From assembly GCA_964373795.1 (NCBI GenBank), contig CAYJVY010000007.1:30001-62000 (forward strand): a stretch of 32,000 nt of DNA. The letters run 5' to 3'. The notes under the pieces were generated by a model. It made no database searches. It saw only the letters and a list, made by a program, of their open reading frames with translations, and was not told the origin of the DNA. This document shows, piece by piece, positions 9,181-16,271 of the stretch. The DNA is from an uncultured archaeon (GTDB lineage: Archaea > Iainarchaeota > Iainarchaeia > Iainarchaeales > DATDZZ01). Positions within the stretch are counted from its first letter, which is position 1. Each line of letters begins with the position of its first letter. A program made the translations under genes and the position numbers.

Positions 9181-9201
9181 GTTGTGAATTTTTCACAGCA
9201 A

Positions 9202-9211
9202 GAATATTTAA
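9202..9211 (+). promoter_or_regulatory. Candidate TATA box for the swivel-domain operon
   Basis: AATATTTAAG lies 24-33 nt upstream of the ATG at 9235, with no SD motif before that ATG. This suggests a leaderless first gene. Confidence 0.2.
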
Positions 9212-9234
9212 GCATCTTTTGCATCAATTACTGT

Positions 9235-9561
9235 ATGCAAGGAAAACTCTATTCTGGAAAGCTTTTACGCGGAGACGTTGAAATAAAAGTTCCTGCGGAA
9301 AAAATTAAATATGAATCTAGAACTGAAATAGTTTTAGATTTTATTCAAAGACATATTCTTCAAGAAAAATACAGACTCAAATTTTTGTTTAATGGATTTT
9401 TTCTCTTGCTTTCAATTTTGCTTTCAATGTTTCTTTCCCCATTATTTTTAATTATTGCTTTTCATTTTTTCAAAAAAGCGATGAGGTTTAGTGCTAATTA
9501 TGGTTACACTAAACATATTTCTGAATCAATGGATGCAAAGCAAATGGCTATGATGGATTAA
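9235..9561 (+). CDS. Small membrane protein (108 aa from the ATG; the ORF track starts at GTG 9184), hypothetical
   Basis: MQGKLYSGKLLRGDVEIKV... is followed by a roughly 35-residue hydrophobic stretch (FLFNGFFLLLSILLSMFLSPLFLIIAFHFF). It ends 9 nt before the next gene. The 9184 start would overlap the TrmB ORF. Confidence 0.5.
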   Translation: MQGKLYSGKLLRGDVEIKVPAEKIKYESRTEIVLDFIQRHILQEKYRLKFLFNGFFLLLSILLSMFLSPLFLIIAFHFFKKAMRFSANYGYTKHISESMDAKQMAMMD

Positions 9562-9570
9562 GGTGAAAAA

Positions 9571-9888
9571 ATGTTATTGAAAGGTATTGCCGCAAGTAAA
9601 GGAACTGTGAAAGGAAAGGTCAGAATTGTAAGTAAAAACTCGTCTCCATATGTTTTTGAAGAAGGAGAAGTTTTAGTTACAGAAATAACTGATCCTTCAA
9701 TGGTTCTACTTATTGCAAAAGCTTCTGCAATAATTACTGATATTGGTGGAATAATGAGTCATCCCGCAATTGTTGCTCGTGAGTTTGGAATTCCCTGCAT
9801 TGTTGGAGTAAAAAATGCGACAAAGATTTTGAAAAATGGTCAAGAGGTTGTTGTTAATGGAGAAACTGGAGAAATTAAATTATACTGA
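9571..9888 (+). CDS. Stand-alone PEP-utilizing-enzyme mobile (phosphohistidine swivel) domain protein
   Basis: The 105 aa cover just the swivel domain: GIAASKGTVKGKVRIV...GEVLVTEITDPSMVLLIAKASAIITDIGGIMSHPAIVAREFGIPCIVG...VVVNGETGEIKLY. This is as in PEP synthase / PPDK / enzyme I, with the phospho-acceptor His retained in GGxxSH. GGTGA SD at 9563-9567. Confidence 0.85.
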   Translation: MLLKGIAASKGTVKGKVRIVSKNSSPYVFEEGEVLVTEITDPSMVLLIAKASAIITDIGGIMSHPAIVAREFGIPCIVGVKNATKILKNGQEVVVNGETGEIKLY

Positions 9889-10957
9889 TTTTAAATGGAT
9901 TAAGCCTTTTCAGGAATCAATTTTTCATACTCTTGGAGAAATGGATTTATCAACTATTGAACCATTTAATTGGCTTGATTTTCATGTCTTGTTTGATAAA
10001 CCTTTTTTAGAGAAAACTTTGAATTTAATTAATAAATGCTATGAAAAAAGAATTTCAATTAAAAAATTAGTTAAAGAATTTGATAATCCTTCTGAATTAA
10101 GAGTAATTCTTTACTTTCTTTTAACTGACATAAAATCAGTTAAGCTAAGTAAACCACAGAGATTAAAAATTGCTTATTTTTTTAAAAGAATTTTAGACGA
10201 ATCAGTTTTAGAAGATCATTTTGGTTTTGAATCAACAATAATTCACTCTGATATACAGGTTCATGAACTGCTTAAATTAATTCCTTTTTTCCATGCAAAT
10301 TCTAGTCTTACTTTTAATGCTGCTAGAATTTTTAATGCAGGTTATCATTTGACTAATGGATTATATTTTGATTTTTACATGGATTTTTCTCATGAAAATT
10401 ATGGGCCTTATATGATTAAAGAAGACAGCGAAACAGAAACTTTTATTATTAAAAAATTTCACAACTTAAAACCGTTGTGTTTATGGCCTGAAATGATTGA
10501 ATCGAATTTCAATAATATAACTATTTATGCAATCTATAAAAATATTGAATTCAAGTCTCAATTTGTTTCAAGTCATGCTTATCTTAATTCTTCAGCAAAA
10601 GATTCGTTAATTAAAATTGCAATTAAAGTTGATGAAAAATTTCTTTCCGAGCAAGAAATTAGCATTCTAGCAGATCACCTAGAGGTAGTTTCAGTTAATC
10701 AGTGGAATAGACTTAAATCTCTTTCAATTTCTGAGCTTAAAGAAAAAGGTGTTTGGATTAGAAATTATTCGATGAAAAAATTATTTGATTTAGTTGAACT
10801 TGATTGGAAGCCTTCAATTGAAATGATTAAAGCAGTTAAAGAAAGAGAACTTGAAAGGAAGTGGAAGTACTATGTACTTGAAGGAAAAGGAAAAGAGTAT
10901 TGGAGTAAAATCTTAGACCCGCGAGAAGAATTTTTTATAGAGGATGATGTGCAATGA
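9857..10957 (+). CDS. Hypothetical protein (366 aa from ATG 9857; 373 aa from ATG 9836), no family recognised
   Basis: A long, clean ORF. GAGGT lies 9 nt upstream of the ATG at 9857. It overlaps the 3' end of the swivel gene by 32 nt (53 nt if the start is 9836); ATG 9941 is another possible start. The stop overlaps the next gene start (ATGA). Confidence 0.7.
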   Translation: MEKLEKLNYTDFKWIKPFQESIFHTLGEMDLSTIEPFNWLDFHVLFDKPFLEKTLNLINKCYEKRISIKKLVKEFDNPSELRVILYFLLTDIKSVKLSKPQRLKIAYFFKRILDESVLEDHFGFESTIIHSDIQVHELLKLIPFFHANSSLTFNAARIFNAGYHLTNGLYFDFYMDFSHENYGPYMIKEDSETETFIIKKFHNLKPLCLWPEMIESNFNNITIYAIYKNIEFKSQFVSSHAYLNSSAKDSLIKIAIKVDEKFLSEQEISILADHLEVVSVNQWNRLKSLSISELKEKGVWIRNYSMKKLFDLVELDWKPSIEMIKAVKERELERKWKYYVLEGKGKEYWSKILDPREEFFIEDDVQ

Positions 10958-11532
10958 AATTAATTTCTTTTGGTTTGAAGGAACTTGCTTTAACTGTAAT
11001 TATTTATTTAACAATATTTTTTTTAATTCCTCTAGAGTTTGATGTATTTTTGCATCTAACTATTTTCTATGTAGTTCATTTAATTGTTTTATTTTTTTTG
11101 AGTTTATTTAAAGAGAAAAAAACAATTATCTTTGATTTTGTGGATGTAGTGAGTGATAATAATTATTTTACTGAGCCTTTTAGAATTCGTCCTGGAATTC
11201 CTCAAATAGTGAAAAATTTGAGGAAAGGTCATGAAGTTGTTTTGTTTACTAATAACAATAAATTGGTTGCCGATAATATTGCAAAAGAATTAAAACTCGG
11301 AAAAATGTTTGATAAACTTTATAGTTCTGGAGATGTTGGAATTGCTAAACCCGATCCGAAAGCTTACAAGGCCTTACTGAATAAATTAAGTGTTTCCTCA
11401 GATAAAGCAGTTATGATTGACGACAATAAGGATAATATTGAAGGGGCCATCAAAGCTGGCTTAGATGGAGTATTATTTAAAAGCACGGGAGAATTATTGT
11501 TTGATTTACAGTCAAGAAAACTCTTAAGGTAA
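10954..11532 (+). CDS. Membrane-anchored minimal HAD-superfamily hydrolase
   Basis: Two N-terminal hydrophobic helices (LALTVIIYLTIFFLIPL; LTIFYVVHLIVLFFLSLF) precede a HAD core: motif I IIFDFVDVV, motif II LFTNN, motif III GIAKPDPKAY, motif IV MIDDNKDN. Confidence 0.8.
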   Translation: MKLISFGLKELALTVIIYLTIFFLIPLEFDVFLHLTIFYVVHLIVLFFLSLFKEKKTIIFDFVDVVSDNNYFTEPFRIRPGIPQIVKNLRKGHEVVLFTNNNKLVADNIAKELKLGKMFDKLYSSGDVGIAKPDPKAYKALLNKLSVSSDKAVMIDDNKDNIEGAIKAGLDGVLFKSTGELLFDLQSRKLLR

Positions 11533-11558
11533 TTTTGAATTTCATTTAATGAGACTAC

Positions 11559-11909
11559 CTATTTCCATTCGAGTTTGTCTCTTAAACTTATTTTTCCTTT
11601 AATTGTTTTTGGTGGAAGCTCAATAATGTATTTTGCTTTCAGTTTTGGAGTGTAATTTAAACTCCACGGTTGAAGATTTTCTACTAAATCTATTACTTTT
11701 TTTTCTTCATTTAAGAAAACCACGTCTATTGGAGTGAAAACAAACAGCATGTGAATTGATGCTCCAATCATTGTTTCAGAATTTAAGTGAAAAATTAACG
11801 CGAAATCAATTTTTTTTTGAAACATTAAACCTTTTGCTTTAGAGAAAAAGTTTTTCGCATGTTTTACTTTTTTTATTATAATTTTTTTAGTTGTATTGTT
11901 TTCCAACAT
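11559..11909 (-). CDS. DUF192 (COG1430) family protein
   Basis: 116 aa. KGLMFQKK...HMLFVFTPIDVVFLNEEKKVIDLVENLQPW...YIIELP fits the DUF192 pattern. Confidence 0.75.
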   Translation of the reverse strand: MLENNTTKKIIIKKVKHAKNFFSKAKGLMFQKKIDFALIFHLNSETMIGASIHMLFVFTPIDVVFLNEEKKVIDLVENLQPWSLNYTPKLKAKYIIELPPKTIKGKISLRDKLEWK

Positions 11910-11910
11910 T

Positions 11911-12174
11911 TTAAGCCTTTTGTTTTTTTAATTCATCCATTGAAGGAACATTTATTTCTTCTAAACTTGTTTTAATTTTTTCAGAATTAATTTTATGAAT
12001 TTTAACGCTTTGTTCTTTTTCTTTTAATTTTTTCTTTAAGCGTTTTAATGCATTGTGTAAATCTTTTAATTTAATTTTTTCAAGTATTTCCAAAGCCTTT
12101 GATTTTTCAGTTTTTTTTGTCTTTGTTTTCTTAATTGACTTTATTGCTTTTTTCTTGGCTTTCTTTTCAGGCAT
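11911..12174 (-). CDS. Lys-rich small protein (87 aa), hypothetical
   Basis: 29 of 87 residues are Lys by hand count, with coiled-coil-like K/E periodicity. The stop lies 1 nt from the DUF192 start, suggesting co-transcription. The low complexity lowers confidence. Confidence 0.45.
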   Translation of the reverse strand: MPEKKAKKKAIKSIKKTKTKKTEKSKALEILEKIKLKDLHNALKRLKKKLKEKEQSVKIHKINSEKIKTSLEEINVPSMDELKKQKA

Positions 12175-12299
12175 GAAATCCTCTTTAACTAATTTAAATC
12201 AAACTTTAATTTATAGTTTTTCTTTCAGTGTTTGAACCAATAAGTTAAAAAAACCCTTATTGATAAGTTTTTTAAGAAGCTTAATGGAATTGGTTTTAA

Positions 12300-12998
12300 A
12301 TGAATTTGAATTCAATTGCCTTCATTCCAGATGGAAATAGAAGGTTTGCTGGTTTAATGAATATTTCTCTTGCAGAAGCTTATTCTTTGGGAACTCAAAA
12401 AGCTTGGCAAGTAATTGACTGGATTTCAAAGTATAAAGAAATAAAGTTTGGAACTTTTTACACTTTGTCACTTGAAAACCTGCAAAGAAATAATTTAGAG
12501 TTACACATTTTATTTAAATTATTTGAAAACGAGTTAATTAAAGTAAAAAACTCAGATTTTTTTCAAGTAAAAGGAATTAAATTGAAATTTATTGGAAGAA
12601 TTGATTTACTGCCTAAAAGCCTTCAAAAACTGGTCTCAGAAGCTGAAAAACAAACTTCTCAAAATACTGAAAAACAAATTAATTTAGCAATTGGATATAA
12701 CGGGCAACAAGAAATAGTTGATGCTGCAAAAAAAATTGCTGAAAAATTCAAAAACAATGAATTGAATTTAAATGATTTAAAGCCTGAAAATTTTAAAAAT
12801 TATTTATATGAAGACTTTCCTTTTCCTGACTTAATTATTCGCACTTCAGGAGTTGAACGTTTAAGTGCTTTTCTAACATATCAATCCAGTTACTCTGAAT
12901 TAGAATTTATTAACAAGTACTGGCCTGAGTTAAGTGAACAGGATTTAAATAAAGCTATTTCAAATTATTACACTAGAAAAAGAACTTTTGGATTGTAA
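12300..12998 (+). CDS. uppS: cis-Prenyltransferase (undecaprenyl/polyprenyl diphosphate synthase family)
   Basis: 232 aa. IAFIPDGNRRFA (DGNRR motif) and IIRTSGVERLSAFLTYQSSYSELEF (RTSGE-RLS-FLLWQ motif). A TATA-like GTTTTTTAAG lies 23-32 nt upstream of the ATG. Confidence 0.9.
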   Translation: MNLNSIAFIPDGNRRFAGLMNISLAEAYSLGTQKAWQVIDWISKYKEIKFGTFYTLSLENLQRNNLELHILFKLFENELIKVKNSDFFQVKGIKLKFIGRIDLLPKSLQKLVSEAEKQTSQNTEKQINLAIGYNGQQEIVDAAKKIAEKFKNNELNLNDLKPENFKNYLYEDFPFPDLIIRTSGVERLSAFLTYQSSYSELEFINKYWPELSEQDLNKAISNYYTRKRTFGL

Positions 12999-13061
12999 TT
13001 TTGATTATAAAATTCTTTCTCATTGTTTTAATTTCTTTTCTACTTTTATTTTTTCTATAAA

Positions 13062-13134
13062 AGCCCCGTAGTGTAGCGGTCAATCACGGTGGGTTCTGAA
13101 CCCGCAAACAGGAGTTCGACTCTCCTCGGGGCTA
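13062..13134 (+). tRNA. tRNA-Gln (anticodon CUG)
   Basis: Hand-folded cloverleaf. Acceptor AGCCCCG/CGGGGCT (A1-U72). D arm GUG(U)-AGCGGUCAA-(U)CAC. Anticodon stem GUGGG/CCCGC with loop UUCUGAA. 4-nt variable loop. T arm AGGAG-UUCGACU-CUCCU. Discriminator A. No encoded CCA. Confidence 0.9.
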
Positions 13135-13181
13135 TGAAAATTCTTTTAATTAGTATTACTTTATTTTTTAATGTTGATTTA

Positions 13182-13889
13182 ATGCAAAAAAAACTTGCAA
13201 TTTTTGATGTTCACGGAACACTTGTTTTTGCTTTGCCTGCATGGGACAAAGCTTACAGCAAAACAGTTTTTGAATTATTTAGAGTGAATGGTTCAATCTA
13301 TGATGCTTTCTTTTTTGCTGCCCCAACAATTCAAGAAGTTTCAAAGGCAATTGCAAAATCAAAAGGCGTTTCTGAAAAAGAATTAAAAGAAAAAGAGCAC
13401 TTGATTTTGAAAACCTTTGAAAAGCATGCAATAAACGCTTTACACGAATTGCCTCCCAAAATCTTGCTTGGAGTGAAAGAATTGCTTAAACTATTGCATG
13501 AAAACAACTTTGTTATTGCTTTGTATACTGGAGATTCTTTTAATAATAGTAAACTGATTTTAAAACAAACTTTTTTGAAACAATTTTTCAATGAAAAATT
13601 GTTTGCCTGTGCAAGTGACTCTGGAGAACTTAGTAGAAGAAAGACTTTGGAAGAAGCAATTAAAAAAGCTGAGAAAAAGTTTGGAAAATTTGAAAAGAAA
13701 AATATTTTTGTTTTTGATGATTCAACTAAAGGATTAAATGCAGGAAAAGAGCTTGAAATTAAAACTGTTGCAGTTAATACAGTGCCAGAAAAATTTGAAA
13801 AACTGGAAAAATGTAATCCAAATTACTTGTTTAAGGATTTTAGTTCTCCTGAAAAGGTATTTAAAACAATTTTTCAAGAAAATTTGTGA
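13182..13889 (+). CDS. HAD-superfamily hydrolase
   Basis: Start re-set to MQKKLAIFDVHGTLV (motif I close to the N-terminus), because the ORF-track GTG start at 13089 lies inside the tRNA. Motif II LYTGD; motif IV VFDDSTKG. Confidence 0.75.
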   Translation: MQKKLAIFDVHGTLVFALPAWDKAYSKTVFELFRVNGSIYDAFFFAAPTIQEVSKAIAKSKGVSEKELKEKEHLILKTFEKHAINALHELPPKILLGVKELLKLLHENNFVIALYTGDSFNNSKLILKQTFLKQFFNEKLFACASDSGELSRRKTLEEAIKKAEKKFGKFEKKNIFVFDDSTKGLNAGKELEIKTVAVNTVPEKFEKLEKCNPNYLFKDFSSPEKVFKTIFQENL

Positions 13890-13899
13890 AGGTGACTTA

Positions 13900-14295
13900 A
13901 TGAAAGAATCTTTTCAAAAGCTAATTGATTTGTTGAATGAATTGCATGGCCCTAATGGTTGTTCTCATGACAAACAGCAAACAATTCAGTCTTGGAAATA
14001 TAAAATAGTTGAAGAAGCTAAAGAAATTTCAGAAGAAATTTCTTCAGGGGATATTGAATCATTAAAAGAAGAATTAGGGGATTTTTTGTGGGTTGCATTG
14101 CAATTGATTCATATAGGGGAAAGAGATGGTTTGTTTAAAGCAAAAGATGTGCTTAACGGAGTTGCAGCAAAAATTATTAGAAGACATCCACATGTATTTG
14201 GTAACGAAATTGCGAAAACTCCTGAAGAAGCTGCAGCTATTTGGAATAGAGTTAAAGGACAAGAAAAGCTTGCAAAAAAGAATTTAAAAAAATAA
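13900..14295 (+). CDS. mazG: MazG-family nucleoside-triphosphate pyrophosphohydrolase
   Basis: 131 aa from the ATG at 13900, with GGTGA 5 nt upstream. EEAKEISEEI...EELGDFLWVALQL...KIIRRHPHVFG are MazG signatures. The ORF-track start at 13738 would overlap the previous gene by 150 nt. Confidence 0.85.
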   Translation: MKESFQKLIDLLNELHGPNGCSHDKQQTIQSWKYKIVEEAKEISEEISSGDIESLKEELGDFLWVALQLIHIGERDGLFKAKDVLNGVAAKIIRRHPHVFGNEIAKTPEEAAAIWNRVKGQEKLAKKNLKK

Positions 14296-14311
14296 TTTTT
14301 TGAGGGAGAAA

Positions 14312-14680
14312 ATGTTTGTAAAAAAATTCAATGACTGCAAAGAAATAATTGCAGCTGATGGCACGATTCTGCGGGAAACCTTGCATCCAATTAGAAGTAA
14401 TGTGAAAATTGATTATAGTATTGCTCATGCAAAGGTTTTGCCTGGCAAGAAATCCAAAATTCATTCTTTGGCTTTTTCAGAAGTATACTACATTATTAGA
14501 GGAAAAGGAGTAATGCATATTGGAAATGAATTTCAAAAAGTGAAAGCAAGGGACACAATTTTTATTCCGCCTAAAACAAATCAATGGATTGAAAATACTG
14601 GGAAAACGGTTTTAGAGTTTCTAGCAATTGTTAATCCTGCTTGGGAACTAGAAGCAGAATTGGGAGAGCAAAAGAATTAG
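14312..14680 (+). CDS. Cupin-fold protein (cupin_2 / type-II phosphomannose-isomerase-like barrel)
   Basis: MFVKKFND... with GAGGGAG SD upstream of the ATG at 14312. Cupin motifs H-x-...-EVYYIIRGKG...IFIPPKTNQWIENTG. The function is not assignable from sequence alone. Confidence 0.75.
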   Translation: MFVKKFNDCKEIIAADGTILRETLHPIRSNVKIDYSIAHAKVLPGKKSKIHSLAFSEVYYIIRGKGVMHIGNEFQKVKARDTIFIPPKTNQWIENTGKTVLEFLAIVNPAWELEAELGEQKN

Positions 14681-15825
14681 CTCATCATGAATTTAATTAC
14701 TTGAGGAAATAAAGTTATATAGTGTGGATTGCGAAGCATTTGTGGAATGAATTTTGTTAAAAACTCCATGTCTCCTTTTTCGGATAAATAGTCTTGAACT
14801 CTTAATTGAACTAGTTTTTTAATTAATTTATTTATTTCTTCATTGCTTAATGAATTGAAAAAATTTCTAATTTTTGAATGAAGCTTTAATTCTCTATGGA
14901 TTCTGGATAAATTTTTTTCATATTTTTCTAGAGGGGTTTTGTGTTTTAAATGATCGGAAATTGTTTTGCTTAAAACATCTCCAGCCATCATTCCAAATAA
15001 TATTCCTCCTCCAGTTGTTTTTTTGCAGTGAAAAGCTGCATCTCCAACTAAAAACATGTTGTCTTTAAATAATGGGCTTAAAGGATCTCCGTAAGGAATT
15101 AGCGAGGAATCAATTTCAAATTGATCTATTTGTAAGTTTTTTGCTTCAATGAATTCTTGAAATTTTTCTTTCACGTTTGCTCCTAAATTTGTTCCAAACC
15201 CGATTTTAGCTGTTTCTTTGTTTTCTGGAATTATCCATGCAAAATAGTTTGGAGCAAAATTTCCTATATGCATTTCCACAAAATCTGGATTGAAAGAGCC
15301 TTTAGCGCGAATTTGAATTGAGTGAATAAAGTTTTCTTTTGGAACGGTTATTCCCATTAATTCCCTTACTTTAGAGTTAACTCCGTCTGCTCCAACTAAA
15401 AACCTTGTTTTAAGCATTTCTCCTCTGTTCTCTTTTTTAATGAAAATTTTTTCGCCTTTCACGTCAAGTAATTGTGCTTGAGTCAGTATTTCTGCTCCTG
15501 CATTTTGTGCTTTTTTTGCAAGCAATTTATCAAATTTTGCTCTATCCACTACGAATGCAACAAAGTCTTTTCTTTTCACTTCAAGCATTGAATTATCTGG
15601 AGAAAAAATTTTTGCTCCTTTAACTACATTTAATACAATGTCTTCCAAGTCAATTCCTAGTTCTTTTACTCCGCTTCTACTAACTAGTCCAGAGCAATGG
15701 GTCGGCACTCCTATTTGAGGATGCTCTTCTAATACTTTTACTTCCCATCCTTCGAACGCAAGTTTTTCAGCTGTTCTTAAACCTGCAGGCCCTCCTCCTA
15801 CTATTGTAATCATTGTTTCAGTCAT
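14677..15825 (-). CDS. FAD-dependent geranylgeranyl reductase family protein (archaeal lipid or polyprenol saturation)
   Basis: 382 aa. Dinucleotide-binding IVGGGPAGLRTAEKLAFEGWEVKVLEE, plus LVGADGVNS and LVGDAAFHCKKTTGGGI motifs typical of GGR. Its stop codon overlaps the cupin stop (TTAG at 14677-14680). Confidence 0.9.
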   Translation of the reverse strand: MTETMITIVGGGPAGLRTAEKLAFEGWEVKVLEEHPQIGVPTHCSGLVSRSGVKELGIDLEDIVLNVVKGAKIFSPDNSMLEVKRKDFVAFVVDRAKFDKLLAKKAQNAGAEILTQAQLLDVKGEKIFIKKENRGEMLKTRFLVGADGVNSKVRELMGITVPKENFIHSIQIRAKGSFNPDFVEMHIGNFAPNYFAWIIPENKETAKIGFGTNLGANVKEKFQEFIEAKNLQIDQFEIDSSLIPYGDPLSPLFKDNMFLVGDAAFHCKKTTGGGILFGMMAGDVLSKTISDHLKHKTPLEKYEKNLSRIHRELKLHSKIRNFFNSLSNEEINKLIKKLVQLRVQDYLSEKGDMEFLTKFIPQMLRNPHYITLFPQVIKFMMS

Positions 15826-15902
15826 TCAATAAAGTTTATTTGCGTTAATTATTTAAATAATTAGATAAACAATATTTGTAAACTTTTTATTGTGAAAGGA
15901 TT

Positions 15903-16268
15903 ATGGTTTTAACTGAATTTTATGGATTAATTGCTTTACTTGTTTTTTTGTTTGTTCCAGGTTATTTTTTAGCTTTAGGTTTTTTTCCAAGCAAGAAAGA
16001 AATTGATTTACTTGAAAGACTTGTTTTTTCATTTGTTTTTTCTATTTCATTTATTCCTTTAATTGTCTTAATTGTAAATCAATTGCTTGGAATTAAAATT
16101 GATTTTGTTTCAGTTTTTGCAATAATTGTTTTCTTGATTTTTATTGGATTAATTAGTTATTTGATTAGAGTTCAACAAATAATTGTTCCGGAAAAGCTTT
16201 ACCTTGTTTGGCCTAAAATTGATAAAAATGATGCTTTTCCTTTGCTTCCAAAAATTAGTAAAAACTAG
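15903..16268 (+). CDS. Small polytopic membrane protein (121 aa), hypothetical
   Basis: Three hydrophobic helices. GAAAGGA SD-like motif upstream. Confidence 0.55.
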   Translation: MVLTEFYGLIALLVFLFVPGYFLALGFFPSKKEIDLLERLVFSFVFSISFIPLIVLIVNQLLGIKIDFVSVFAIIVFLIFIGLISYLIRVQQIIVPEKLYLVWPKIDKNDAFPLLPKISKN

Positions 16269-16271
16269 TTT

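Noticed and set aside
9184-9234. GTG start at 9184 for the small membrane protein, and GTG start at 9196 for TrmB.
   Set aside because: Using both would make the divergent genes overlap head to head. The ATG starts at 9235 and 9148 leave an 86-nt spacer with TATA-like boxes at appropriate distances.
13089-13181. GTG-initiated N-terminal extension of the HAD ORF.
   Set aside because: It would be translated from inside the tRNA-Gln gene. HAD motif I normally sits within about 10 residues of the N-terminus, which fits the ATG at 13182.
13738-13899. N-terminal extension of the MazG ORF overlapping the preceding HAD gene by about 150 nt.
   Set aside because: The MazG domain starts at MKESFQKL (13900) with a GGTGA SD just upstream. 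The extension is an out-of-frame read of the HAD gene.
13135-14680. tRNA-Gln-adjacent genes (HAD, MazG, cupin) as an integrated island.
   Set aside because: I found no integrase and no duplicated tRNA 3' segment by eye. The genes use the same SD and packing style as the rest of the window.
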